Assembly (NCBI GenBank): GCA_963695095.1
Contig: CAVOFT010000001.1
Span: 608,001-672,000 of the forward strand
Direction of reading: 5' to 3'
Length of the DNA stretch: 64,000 nucleotides
Source: an uncultured bacterium
Lineage (GTDB): Bacteria > Krumholzibacteriota > Krumholzibacteriia > JACNKJ01
Shown: positions 31,492 through 41,103 of the stretch, piece after piece
How the letters are laid out: every line of letters begins with the position of its first letter
How positions within the stretch are numbered: position 1 is the first letter of the stretch
Notes under the pieces: generated by a model
What the model saw: only the letters and a program-made list of their open reading frames with translations
What the model was told of the DNA's origin: nothing
The model's database searches: none
Made by a program: the position numbers and the translations under genes

Positions 31492-33276
31492 ATGGAGATC
31501 AAGAACAAGGCGACGAGCATCGAGCTCTTCAGCCTGAGGACGCCGCAGATGCGCGCGTTCCACATGAGCTGGTTTGCCTTCTTCCTCTGCTTCTTCGCCT
31601 GGTTCGGCATCGCACCGCTGATGGCGATAGTGCGGGGCGAGCTGGGCCTCACCAAGGAGCAGATCGGCAACACCATCATCGCCTCCGTGGCGATCACGGT
31701 GGTGGCGCGGCTGTTCATCGGCTGGCTCTGCGACCGCATCGGCCCGCGACTCGCCTACACCTGGCTCCTGATCTTCGGCTCGCTGCCCGTCATGGGCATC
31801 GGATTGGCTCACGACTACACCAGCTTCCTGCTCTTCCGACTGGGCATCGGCACGATCGGCGCTTCCTTCGTGATCACCCAGTACCACACCTCCGTGATGT
31901 TCGCGCCGAACGTCGTCGGCACGGCGAATGCTACTTCGGCTGGCTGGGGCAACCTGGGCGGCGGCGTGACGCAGATGATCATGCCGTTCATCTTTGCGCT
32001 GTTCCTGGCCTTCGGACTCACCGACGAGCGTAGCTGGCGGCTGGCAATGGTCGTCGCCGGCGTGGCCTGCCTGCTTACAGGCCTTGCCTACCGCAAGTTC
32101 ACCACCGACCTGCCTGACGGGAACTTCAAGGAGCTGCGCGCACGCGGAGAGCTGTCGACGCCGCAGAAGAACAAGGGGGCCTTCCTCGAGGCGGCCAAGG
32201 ACTACCGCGTCTGGGCGCTGTTCCTGATCTACGCGGCCTGCTTCGGCATCGAGCTGACGATCAACAACGTCGCCGCCATCTACTACATGGACTACTTCTC
32301 GCTGGGGCTGAAGACCGCCGGCCTCGTGGCGGGGCTGTTCGGACTGATGAACATCTTCGCGCGCACCCTCGGCGGCTTCATCAGCGACCGCTTCGTGCGC
32401 AAGGGCGGGTTGAAGGGCCGCGTGCGCTGGCTCTTCATCGCCCTCTTCGTCGAGGGCATCGCCCTGCTCTTCTTCTCCCAGATGCGGGTCATCGCGCTGG
32501 CGATTCCGATGATGATCGTCTTCAGCCTGTTCGTGCAGATGTCGGAGGGTGCGACCTACTCGGTCGTCCCCTTCATCAACCGGCGGGCGCTGGGGGCCGT
32601 GGCCGGGATCGTCGGCGCGGGGGGAAACGTGGGCGCCGTCAGCGCCGGCTTCCTGTTCCGCTCCGAGAGCCTGAGTTACCCGCGCGCATTGATGATCCTG
32701 GGTGGCTGCGTGGTGATCGTCGCGTTTGCTGCCCACATCGTCCGCTTCAGGCCGGCGGAGGAGGCCGCGGCCGCCGCTGAGTTCAAGCTGGCGATGGCCC
32801 GCCGCGCCGAGGAGCAGAAGCAGCAGGTGCCCCTGCGGGATCTCGTGCCGGGCATCAAGCACGTCCGGCCGATGGATGCGCTGCGCATCTACCTGGGGAT
32901 CGCGCTCGTCATCAAGGGGATCTACTTCATCACCAACATGTCCGAGCTGGAGGCGAACCTGAGCGAAGGCCTCGGGCTGGGGCAGACGATGATCGCCTGG
33001 TCCGTCGTGTTCGCGCACGTCATCGCGGGGGCCAGCCTGGCGCTCGGCTTCGTCACGCGCGTGGCTGCCGGGGCGAACGCCATCATCCTGCTTGGCGCGA
33101 CGGTGATCAGCCTCTGGAGCAACGCGGCGGGGGGGCTGATCGTGGCGAACACGGACTTCCAGTTCACCCTCTTCATCTTCTTCACGCTCCTGCTGCTGGT
33201 CTGGCGCGGCTCCGGCCCCTTCTCGCTGGATCACCTGCTGCGCATCGACGCGGAGAAAGAGCCGGAGTTTCTCTAA
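31492..33276 (+). CDS. narK: second NarK/NNP-family transporter with a C-terminal DoxX-like domain
   Basis: MRAFHMSWFAFF, AGWGNLGGG, CFGIEL, ARTLGG, VGAGGNVG; then LRIYLG...GFVTRVAA...GSGPFSLD. Confidence 0.88.
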   Translation: MEIKNKATSIELFSLRTPQMRAFHMSWFAFFLCFFAWFGIAPLMAIVRGELGLTKEQIGNTIIASVAITVVARLFIGWLCDRIGPRLAYTWLLIFGSLPVMGIGLAHDYTSFLLFRLGIGTIGASFVITQYHTSVMFAPNVVGTANATSAGWGNLGGGVTQMIMPFIFALFLAFGLTDERSWRLAMVVAGVACLLTGLAYRKFTTDLPDGNFKELRARGELSTPQKNKGAFLEAAKDYRVWALFLIYAACFGIELTINNVAAIYYMDYFSLGLKTAGLVAGLFGLMNIFARTLGGFISDRFVRKGGLKGRVRWLFIALFVEGIALLFFSQMRVIALAIPMMIVFSLFVQMSEGATYSVVPFINRRALGAVAGIVGAGGNVGAVSAGFLFRSESLSYPRALMILGGCVVIVAFAAHIVRFRPAEEAAAAAEFKLAMARRAEEQKQQVPLRDLVPGIKHVRPMDALRIYLGIALVIKGIYFITNMSELEANLSEGLGLGQTMIAWSVVFAHVIAGASLALGFVTRVAAGANAIILLGATVISLWSNAAGGLIVANTDFQFTLFIFFTLLLLVWRGSGPFSLDHLLRIDAEKEPEFL

Positions 33277-33384
33277 CCCGGGGCCTCCCAGACGCTGTCG
33301 CGACGACCCGGGTCGTCGAGGCCGACGGCGGAGGCGCTGACGCGCTTCGAGCGAAAGTAAGCAACCAAGTCGGGATTGCGGCCC

Positions 33385-33430
33385 TTGACAGACCATGATT
33401 AGCTGGTAATATAACCAGTATCTTCTGGTC
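33385..33430 (+). promoter_or_regulatory. promoter with two tandem ACCA-N8-TGGT palindromes (probable autoregulatory operator)
   Basis: TTGACA at 33385; gACCAtgattagcTGGTaatataACCAgtatcttcTGGTc is symmetric about 33410/33411 and covers the AT-rich -10 region. Confidence 0.65.
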
Positions 33431-33441
33431 GAAAGGCGATC

Positions 33442-33777
33442 GTGCGAGGAAGCAAGCAGAAGCTGCTCGGCAGCCGGCGGCGCACGGAGACGCTCATGCT
33501 GCTCGCCCTGCTGGGGGAGAGCCATCCGAGTGAACTGGCCGCGCTGCTGGGGGCTCGGCTCTACTCCGTGCAGACCATCTTGGCCGGCCTGGAGGCCGAG
33601 GGCATCGTGGTGAGCCGACTCATCGGGCGGACACGGCGGACCGAACTCGATCCGCGCCACTACGCCCACCGCGAGCTCAGGGCGCTACTGCTGCGGCTCG
33701 CTCAGGCTGAGCCGACCCTGCAGGAAGCGGCGGCGGCACGGCGCAGCCGGCCGCGCCGCCAGGGCAAGGCACAGTGA
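33442..33777 (+). CDS. winged-helix HTH protein
   Basis: KLLGSRRRTETL...HPSELAALLGARLYSVQTILAGLEAEGIVVSRLIGRTR. Confidence 0.75.
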   Translation: MRGSKQKLLGSRRRTETLMLLALLGESHPSELAALLGARLYSVQTILAGLEAEGIVVSRLIGRTRRTELDPRHYAHRELRALLLRLAQAEPTLQEAAAARRSRPRRQGKAQ

Positions 33778-34304
33778 GCATCGAGGCTGACAGCAGCCTG
33801 CGCGAAGTGGCCTTCAGCGTCTGTACTGCGCTCCATCAAGCGAGCATCACGGCAATCCTCACCGGCGGCAGCGCAGCGACCGTCTACGCCGCTGGGGCCT
33901 ACCAGTCGCGCGATCTCGACTTCGTGCTCAGCTTCGCCGCCCCCGGAGGCGGGGCCGTGCTCGCGGCTCTCGGCTATCGGCTGGTCGGCGGCACCTATCA
34001 GCACGCCGTCAGTCCGTTGACCTTAGACTTTCCGCCCGGCCCGCTCATGGTGGGCGGCGATCTCGTGAGTACATGGGATACCGTGCGCGATGGCGAGCGC
34101 CTGCTGCACATCCTCAGTCCGACGGATTGCTGCCGGGATCGCCTCGCTGGTTTCCTCTTCTGGAACGACCGCGGGAGCCTGGCCCAGGCACTCGCCGTGG
34201 CCCGCGCCGAGCGGCCCCGCATCGATCTCGATGTCGTCCGCGACTGGTGCGAGCGGGAGGGGCAACTCGCGAAACTCAGGGAATTCGCCGCCGAGCTGGG
34301 CTAG
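33774..34304 (+). CDS. nucleotidyltransferase-superfamily protein (DUF6036/AbiEii-like)
   Basis: ILTGGSAATVY...SRDLDFV motif; GTGA overlap with the HTH gene. Confidence 0.7.
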   Translation: MSIEADSSLREVAFSVCTALHQASITAILTGGSAATVYAAGAYQSRDLDFVLSFAAPGGGAVLAALGYRLVGGTYQHAVSPLTLDFPPGPLMVGGDLVSTWDTVRDGERLLHILSPTDCCRDRLAGFLFWNDRGSLAQALAVARAERPRIDLDVVRDWCEREGQLAKLREFAAELG

Positions 34305-34424
34305 GGAATCGAGCCCCCCTTCCCATTGGCGTGTTGCGGGGTCTCTGCCGGGGCGCAGCTGGGCGCTCCCTGGCCAGAACCGTGCTATAATCAGTCCGTC
34401 CGCGTCATCGGGGAGGGGATCGGC

Positions 34425-35684
34425 GTGCGCAGACTCCCAGTCCTCCTGTCCTGCCTCGTGCTCACCCTGGCGATTGCCGCTCCGGCAGCGAGCGCCGCGC
34501 CGCGTCTCACCGGCGACACGGTGGACGACCCACTCTGGTTCACCGGCATCCCCGCCGAGCTCAGCGGCAACACCTGCGGCTTCGCGCAGGACTACCCGGA
34601 AATGTGTCCCTACGGGAGCATGGCGCCCGATGTGGTCTACGCCTACGAGGCGCTGGAGTCGATGGTGCTGGACTTCTCCCTCTGCCTCTCCGCCTACGAC
34701 ACCAAGATCATCATCTACGAGAATGCCGTCACGTCGGGGAACCCCCTCGCCTGCAACGACGACTGGTGCAGCGGCCCCTCCGGGACCTACCGCTCGCATC
34801 TCGAGGATGTGCCCTTCCAGGCGGGCAACACCTACTACATCGTCGTCACCGGCTACGGCCAGGAGTGCGGCGACTACCTCCTGCAGATCGAGCCGACCGG
34901 GCCCTGCGGCCTCGACTGGCCGAACGGCGCCCAGGCCGAAGGCGAGCCCGACTGCGGCGACGACTACGTCGACACCTACAACAGCGGCTGCAATGCCCCG
35001 GCCCACGCCTTCCAGGTGCTGGAGCCCTACTGGAACCTGGTCCAGGTGGCGGGCAGGAGCGGCACCTTCCTCGGCGGCGGCAATCCCAAGCGGGACAGCG
35101 ACTGGTACCAGATCACGCCCACGGCCGGCAGCGAGCTGGAGATCAGCTGCACGGCCGAGTTCCCGCTGCAGCTCTACTTCATCGACGGCACGGGCGGCTG
35201 CGGCGACATGGTGGAACTGGGCGCCGCCACGGCCCCGGCTTGCGGCACCGCGTTCGTGGCGGCCACCGTGCCCGCGGGCATCTACTGGATCTGGGTCGGC
35301 CCCCAGGACGGCAGCAGCGTTCCCTGCGGCAGGACCTACGCGCTCACCATCGACGGCTACGACAGCAGCAGCACGGGCGTCGCCGAGCCTGGCGAGCCCG
35401 CGGCGGCAGCGCTCACGCTGAGCAGCCTGCCCAACCCCGCTCGCCATGGCGCCACGCTGCACTACGCGCTGGCCGAGCCCGCGCAGGTGCGTGTGGCGAT
35501 CTACGACATCGCCGGCCGCCTGCGGCGCAGCCTCGTGGAGTCCAGCCCGCAGGGCCGCGGGCCGCAGGCCTGCGTCTGGGACGGCAGGGACGATGCGGGC
35601 GCCGCCCTCGGCGCGGGCGTCTACCTCGCCAGGCTCGAGGCCGGCGAGCGCGTGGTCACGGCCAAGCTCGTCCTGCTGCGCTGA
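34425..35684 (+). CDS. secreted Cys-rich protein with C-terminal FlgD-Ig/T9SS-like domain
   Basis: TGcTATAAT extended -10 at 34383; GGGGAGGGG RBS; signal peptide; APDVVY, YDTK, LACNDD, YYIVV; C-terminal PNP...WDGRD...GVYLARL. Confidence 0.8.
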   Translation: MRRLPVLLSCLVLTLAIAAPAASAAPRLTGDTVDDPLWFTGIPAELSGNTCGFAQDYPEMCPYGSMAPDVVYAYEALESMVLDFSLCLSAYDTKIIIYENAVTSGNPLACNDDWCSGPSGTYRSHLEDVPFQAGNTYYIVVTGYGQECGDYLLQIEPTGPCGLDWPNGAQAEGEPDCGDDYVDTYNSGCNAPAHAFQVLEPYWNLVQVAGRSGTFLGGGNPKRDSDWYQITPTAGSELEISCTAEFPLQLYFIDGTGGCGDMVELGAATAPACGTAFVAATVPAGIYWIWVGPQDGSSVPCGRTYALTIDGYDSSSTGVAEPGEPAAAALTLSSLPNPARHGATLHYALAEPAQVRVAIYDIAGRLRRSLVESSPQGRGPQACVWDGRDDAGAALGAGVYLARLEAGERVVTAKLVLLR

Positions 35685-35711
35685 GCGAGAGCGTCCGCCT
35701 GCCGCACCTGC

Positions 35712-36860
35712 CTAGCGCGCCAGCGCCTTGGCGGCAGCGCCGCGGCCCAGTTCCGTGAGATGGAGCCGCGCGTCCGCCCGCGTGACGAGCCCCTGCCGCT
35801 CGGCCAGCGCCACGACGCGCGCCGTGAAGGCCGGAGTCCAGCCCACGTGGCGCCCCTGCAGGTGGTCCACGCGCGACTCCTCCTCCTCGTCGGCGTCGCC
35901 CTCGTGCTGGGCGAGGTGGATGGCCAGCATGGTCTGCGCGAACTCCCACTTCTGTCGACGCCGGCGCCGCAGCTCCGCCAGCAGGCCGCGCCGGGGCGCG
36001 ATCAGGAAGACGACCCCGAACACGACCCCGCTCGCCACGGCCATGCAGCCGGCGATCGAGGCGTCGAGCAGCACGGCGGCGCCATGGCCGAGGGCCGCGC
36101 CGAGGGCGCCCAGCAGGGAGGCCACGGCCAGCAGCCAGGGCAGGCGGTCGGTGAGCAGGTAGGCTGCGGCCGGCGGCGCGATCATCAGGGCGACGAGCAG
36201 GATCAGCCCCACGGCGTCGAAGGCGCCCACCGCCGTCAGCGAGACCAGGGTCATCAGCCCGTAGTGGATGAGCACCGGCGAGAGGCCGAGGGTGGCCGCG
36301 AGCCCGGCGTCGAAGGTGGCGAGCTTGAGCTCCTTGAAGAAGATCGTCACCGCCGCCAGGTTGAGCAGGGTGATGCCGCTCATCACCCAGAGGTGGCGCG
36401 GGCCGAGGTCGCGCCCGGCCACGATCAAGCGGTCGAAGGGCGCGAAGGCCAGCTCGCCCAGCAGCACGGCGTCCGTGTCCAGGTGCACGTTGCCCGCGTA
36501 GCGCGTGATCAGCACGATGCCGAGGCTGAAGAGCGCGGGAAAGACCAGGCCGATGGCCGCGTCCTCCTTGAGCCGGCCGCGTCCGGTGCAGCAGCTCGAC
36601 GAGCACCACGGTGAGCACGCCCGTGGCCGCGGCGGCCAGGATCAGCCAGGGCGAGCTGAGATCCTTGACCACGAAGAAGGCCAGCACGATGCCGGGCAGG
36701 ATGGAGTGACTGATGGCGTCGCTGAGCATGGCCAGCCGGCGCAGCATGAGGAAGGCGCCCACCAGCGCGCAGCCGACGGCGGTGACCATGGCGATGGCGA
36801 GGATCTCCAGCTGCGGCGTGCTGAAGGCCAGGCCAGCGCTGGGCTCGCGCTCATGCTCAT
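35712..36860 (-). CDS. Mn/Zn/Fe ABC transporter permease with C-terminal DtxR-like domain (TroD-like), frameshifted
   Basis: GAFLMLRRLAMLSDAISHSILPG, HLDTDAVLLGE, FFKELKLATFD, GAFDAVG. Confidence 0.85.
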
Positions 36861-38015
36861 GGCAGGCCCTCGCTCGGCGCGGCGCTCTCCTGCGCGCCGG
36901 TTCGGCGAGCTGCCGTCCGGCGTCACGCCGGCCGGCGTGAGCCGCCAGCGGCCGTCGGCGTCTTCGCGCGCGAGGCCGGCCCCGGCGAGCTGACCGAGCG
37001 AGCGGCGCACGCCGTGGCGCTCGCTCATCGCGCGCAGCACCGCGGCCGCGTGCGGCGCGGCCTCGGGCTCGGGGTGCTGGGCGGCCAGGCGGTAGAGGTC
37101 GGCCAGCACGGCGTCCACCTGCAGGCGCCGCCGCTGCCGGGCGGCCCGCAGCCGCCCCGCCACCAGCCCCCGCCGCGGCGCGAAGAGCAGGGAGAGCACC
37201 GCGATCGCCGTGATCGCGAGGACGATGGTCGGCCCCGTGGGCAGATGCGCGACGAGGCTGCTGAGCACGGCGCCCACCAGGCCCGCCAGCGCGCCGAAGG
37301 CGCCGGCCAGCAGCACGAGGCGGCCGAGGCGGTCGGTCCACTGGCGCGCGGCGGCGGCCGGCGCCACGATCATGGCGCTCATCAGCACGACGCCCACCGT
37401 CTGCAGGCCGATGACGATGGCCACCACCAGCAGGCGTCGTCAGCAGCACGTCCAGCCGGCGCACGGGGAAGCCGAGCGAGCCGGCGAAGGCGGGGTCGAA
37501 GCTGAGCAGCTTGAATTCCTTCCAGAAGCAGCAGCGAGCGACGCCAGCACGAGCGGCGCCCAGCCCGGCCATGGTGACCAGGTCCGTCGCCCACCAGGGC
37601 GGCGGCCTGGCCGAAGAGGAAGCGGTCCAGGCCCGCCTGGCTGGCGCCGGCGCGTGCGCTGGACGAGGGAGAGCAGCACCAGGCCGAGGCCGAAGAAGGT
37701 CGAGAGCACCAGGCCCAGGGCGGTGTCCAGCTTGATGCGGCGTGGTGCGCACGACGAGCAGCACGAGCAGGGAGGCCAGCCAGCCGGCCAGGGCGGCGCC
37801 GAGCGACGAGGACGAGCGGCGCCTTGCTGCCGGTGAGCAGGAAGGCGAGCACGATGCCGGGCAGGGCGGCGTGGCTCACGGCATCGCCCAGCAGGCTCTG
37901 GCGCCGCAGCACGGCGAAGGCGCCCAGCGCGCCGCTCACGAGGCCGAGGGCGGCCGAGCCCAGCGCCACCGTGCGCAGGGTGTAGTCGGTGACGAGGTCG
38001 GCCGAGCAGGCTCAT
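36857..38015 (-). CDS. Mn/Zn/Fe ABC transporter permease (TroC-like), multiply frameshifted
   Basis: [62 protein letters not shown] spread over three frames. Confidence 0.85.
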
Positions 38016-38882
38016 GGCCGGAGTCCGCCCGGTAGGGCCGCGGTCGCGATCGTCGCGGGTCGCCGGCGCGGGTCGGCGCGGGTCGGCCGGGGCCTTGCGC
38101 TGCAGGAAGTCCACGCGGCCGCCGTAGGCCAGGCGCAGGTTCTCCGTCGGTGAAGACCTCGGCCACCGGCCCGCAGGCGATGCGCCGCACGTTGAGCAGG
38201 GTGACCCAGTCGAAGTACTCGGCCACGGTCTGCAGGTCGTGGTGCACGACGACCACCGTGCGGCCCTGGCTCGCGCAGCTCCTTCAGCAGGTCGACGATG
38301 GCCCGCTCGGTGCGCGGCGTCCACGCCCTGGAAGGGCTCGTCCATGAAGTAGACGCTGGGCGTCCTGGACCAGGGCGCGGGCCAGGAAGACGCGCTGCTG
38401 CTGGCCGCCCGAGAGCTGGCTGATCTGGCGGCGCGCGGAAGTCGGCCATGCCGACCTTCTCGAGCGCGGCCAGGGCCGCCTCGCGCTCGCGGCGCCCGGG
38501 CCGGCGCAGCCAGCCGAGGCTGCCGTAGCGGCCCATCATCACCACGTCGAGCACGGTGGTGGGGAAGTCCCAGTCCACGCTGCCGCGCTGGGGCACGTAG
38601 CCCACCAGGCGGCGCTGCTCGGCGTAGGGCTTGCCGTGGATCGCGCACGTCGGCCGGCGGCCGGTGGGCACCAGGCCCGAGGATGGCCTTGATCAGGGTG
38701 GTCTTGCCGGCGCCGTTGGGGCCGACGATGGCCATCAGCGCGCCGGCGGGAACGCTCGACGTCGACGTCCCAGAGCACGGGCCGCTCGCGGTAGGCGACG
38801 GTGAGGTCGGTGACCTGACGGCGGCTTCGCCGGCCTCGGCGCCCGGCTGCATGCAGAAGGTCTCGCTCTCAGGCGTGGACAT
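38012..38882 (-). CDS. metal ABC transporter ATP-binding protein (TroB-like), multiply frameshifted
   Basis: Walker [40 protein letters not shown]. Confidence 0.88.
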
Positions 38883-38893
38883 GGGCCTCCTTG

Positions 38894-39844
38894 CTAGCGG
38901 TCGCTGCTGTCCCCGCCGAGGGCCGCCACGATGGTGTCGACGTTGTGGCGCACCATGCCGAGGTAGGTGCCGGCCGGCGTGCCGGCGTCGCCCATGGCGT
39001 CCGAGTAGAGCTCGCCGCCGATGGCCACCTCGACGCCGCGGGCGCGCACCGCCGCCAGCACGGCCTCGATGGCCCGCGGCGAGACCGAGGTCTCGACGAA
39101 GAGGGCGGGGATCCGCCGCTCGGCGATGAAGGCCGCCAGGTCCTGCACGTCGCCGGTGCCGGCCTCGGTCGCGGTGCTGATGCCCTGCAGGCCGCGCACC
39201 TCGAGGCCGTAGGCGCGGCCGAAGTAGTTGAAGGCGTCGTGGGCGGTGATCAGCACGCGCCGCTCGGCGGGAATGCGCGCGATCTCGCTGCGCAGCTCGG
39301 CGTCCAGGGCTTCGAGCTCGCTGCGATAGGCCGCGGCGCGCTCGCGGTAGCCGGCGGCGTGGGCGGGGTCCAGCTGGCGACGAGGGCCTCCTCCACCGCG
39401 CCCAGGGCGTAGAGCCAGAGCCGGACGTCGAACCAGACGTGGGGGTCGTGCGCGCCCTCGAACTCGGGCGGCGCGAGCAGCAGCGACTCGGGGATCGCCG
39501 CGGCCACGGCCACGCTGCGCCGGCCGCCGTCCATGCGCTCGAGCACCTCGCCCATCTTCGCCTCGAGGTGCAGGCCGTTGTAGAGGATCGAGGTCGGCGC
39601 TGCGCAGGCGCTCGACGTCGCCCGCGCTGGCCTTGTAGAGGTGGGGGTCGATGCCGGGGCCCATGAGCGTGGTGACGCGCACGCGCTCGCCGCCGACGCG
39701 CGAGGCGAGGTCGCCCACCTGGCCCGTGGTCGCGACCACCTGCAGGCGGCCGTCGGCCGTCCCCTCGCCGCCGCTCTTGCCGCAGGCGCCCATCAGCGAG
39801 AGCGCCAGCAGGGCGGCGGCCAATCCCCAGTTTGCCATCCTCAT
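38894..39844 (-). CDS. metal ABC transporter substrate-binding lipoprotein (TroA/MntA-like), frameshifted
   Basis: Lipobox MGAC; GPGIDPHLY, HDPHVWFD, LITAHDAFNYFG, LYSDAMG. Confidence 0.9.
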   Translation of the reverse strand: MRMANWGLAAALLALSLMGACGKSGGEGTADGRLQVVATTGQVGDLASRVGGERVRVTTLMGPGIDPHLYKASAGDVERLRSADLDPLQRPAPRGEDGRGARAHGRRPAQRGRGRGDPRVAAARAARVRGRARPPRLVRRPALALRPGRGGGGPRRQLDPAHAAGYRERAAAYRSELEALDAELRSEIARIPAERRVLITAHDAFNYFGRAYGLEVRGLQGISTATEAGTGDVQDLAAFIAERRIPALFVETSVSPRAIEAVLAAVRARGVEVAIGGELYSDAMGDAGTPAGTYLGMVRHNVDTIVAALGGDSSDR

Positions 39845-39887
39845 CCTCGCTCCTCCTCGGGCAGACTAGCGCCGGCGGGCGCGGTCG

Positions 39888-40349
39888 TCACGCATTCGCT
39901 GCGGGCCGGCAGGCGCGCCTCGCCCGCGGGATCGGGCTGCCGTGGGGGTCCCGCTCCGGCCGGCCCAGCCAGCGGTCCAGCCGCTCGACCACCTCGTCGG
40001 AGAGGGCGTGCTCCAGGCGGTGCGCCTCCGCGTGCACGCGATCCGGCGACAGGCCGAGGGTGTTGACGAGGAAGGTCTCGACCAGGCGATGCCGGCGCTG
40101 CACGGCGAGCGCCAGGGTGCGGCCCTTGCGGCTCAGGAGGGCGCCGCGATAGGGCCGATGCTCGACGAGCCCTTCGCGGGCGAGGGTCTTGAGCATCCCG
40201 GTGACCGAGGCCGGGGCCACGCCCAGGCGCTGGGCCAGCGCGCTGGTGTTGACCGCGGCGCCGCCCTCGCCCAGCCGCAGCAGGGCGGTCAGGTAGTCCT
40301 CGCGAGCCTCGTTGCTGGGGGGAATGGTGGGCTCCTCGGCAGGGGGCAC
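39888..40349 (-). CDS. DtxR/MntR/TroR family metal-dependent repressor
   Basis: EDYL...LAQRLGVAPASVTGMLKTL, RRHRLVETFL, HAEAHRLEH, DPHGSPIP; no FeoA domain; the 3' end may be frameshifted. Confidence 0.92.
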   Translation of the reverse strand: MPPAEEPTIPPSNEAREDYLTALLRLGEGGAAVNTSALAQRLGVAPASVTGMLKTLAREGLVEHRPYRGALLSRKGRTLALAVQRRHRLVETFLVNTLGLSPDRVHAEAHRLEHALSDEVVERLDRWLGRPERDPHGSPIPRARRACRPAANA

Positions 40350-40352
40350 TGA

Positions 40353-40407
40353 TTTAGGTACGCCTAAAACGAAGTCGCAATCTAGCGCCCGACCGGTAGG
40401 CTGTCAA
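40353..40407 (-). promoter_or_regulatory. sigma70-type promoter and DtxR/MntR-type operator for the metal ABC operon
   Basis: Minus strand TTGACA (40407-40402) -17 nt- TAGATT (40384-40379); palindrome TTTAGG-tacg-CCTAAA at 40353-40368. Confidence 0.85.
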
Positions 40408-40467
40408 GCAAAGCCGCGCGCACCCGAGGGCGCGCGCGGCGGGAGTGAGCGAAGAAGGCGCGGGGCG

Positions 40468-41094
40468 CTAGAAGGGCTCGGGCACCTCGAGCGATTCCTC
40501 GGCCAGGATCTGGATGGTGAGCCAGAGCTTCCAGGTGAAGACGATGGGATCGCCCGTGTCGGGGCTGGGATCGACGTTGCCGTTCTCGATGCGGAGGGTC
40601 AGCACGGGCAGCTCGCCGTCGAGGAAGCCGTTGAGCGCATCGTTGATGGCGCCGACGCCTTCCACCTCCAGGATCTGGGCAACACGCTCGCCCAGCACCT
40701 CGGCCACGGACTGCTGATCGTAGTTGACCAGGGGCAAGAAGCCGCCGGCGTCGCTGGACGAGTCGATGGTGATCTGCCCGCTGATCAGCCAGTCCTCGTG
40801 CGTGGCGGGGACCGTGAAGGCGGTCACGCCGTATTCGACGCCCACCACGAAGACGCTGTCGATGTCGCTGGTGCTGAGGCCGGCATCCTCGATCAGCTCG
40901 GCGATCTTCCCGGTGAGATCGATGACGGTATCTTCCTGATAGACCTCATTGGTGTCGTTGTAGCTGAACTCGACGGACGTCTCGCCCGTGAGCACCAGCT
41001 CGATCACCTTCTCCTCCATCAAGCAGCTCGACAGCCCCCCGACGAGGAGCGCCGCCAGGAGGAGGGACGGCAGGTAGCGCAAGATTGCTTTCAT
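40468..41094 (-). CDS. hypothetical acidic lipoprotein
   Basis: AGGAGG RBS; lipobox LSSC; beta-rich. Confidence 0.7.
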   Translation of the reverse strand: MKAILRYLPSLLLAALLVGGLSSCLMEEKVIELVLTGETSVEFSYNDTNEVYQEDTVIDLTGKIAELIEDAGLSTSDIDSVFVVGVEYGVTAFTVPATHEDWLISGQITIDSSSDAGGFLPLVNYDQQSVAEVLGERVAQILEVEGVGAINDALNGFLDGELPVLTLRIENGNVDPSPDTGDPIVFTWKLWLTIQILAEESLEVPEPF

Positions 41095-41103
41095 GGTTCC
41101 TCC

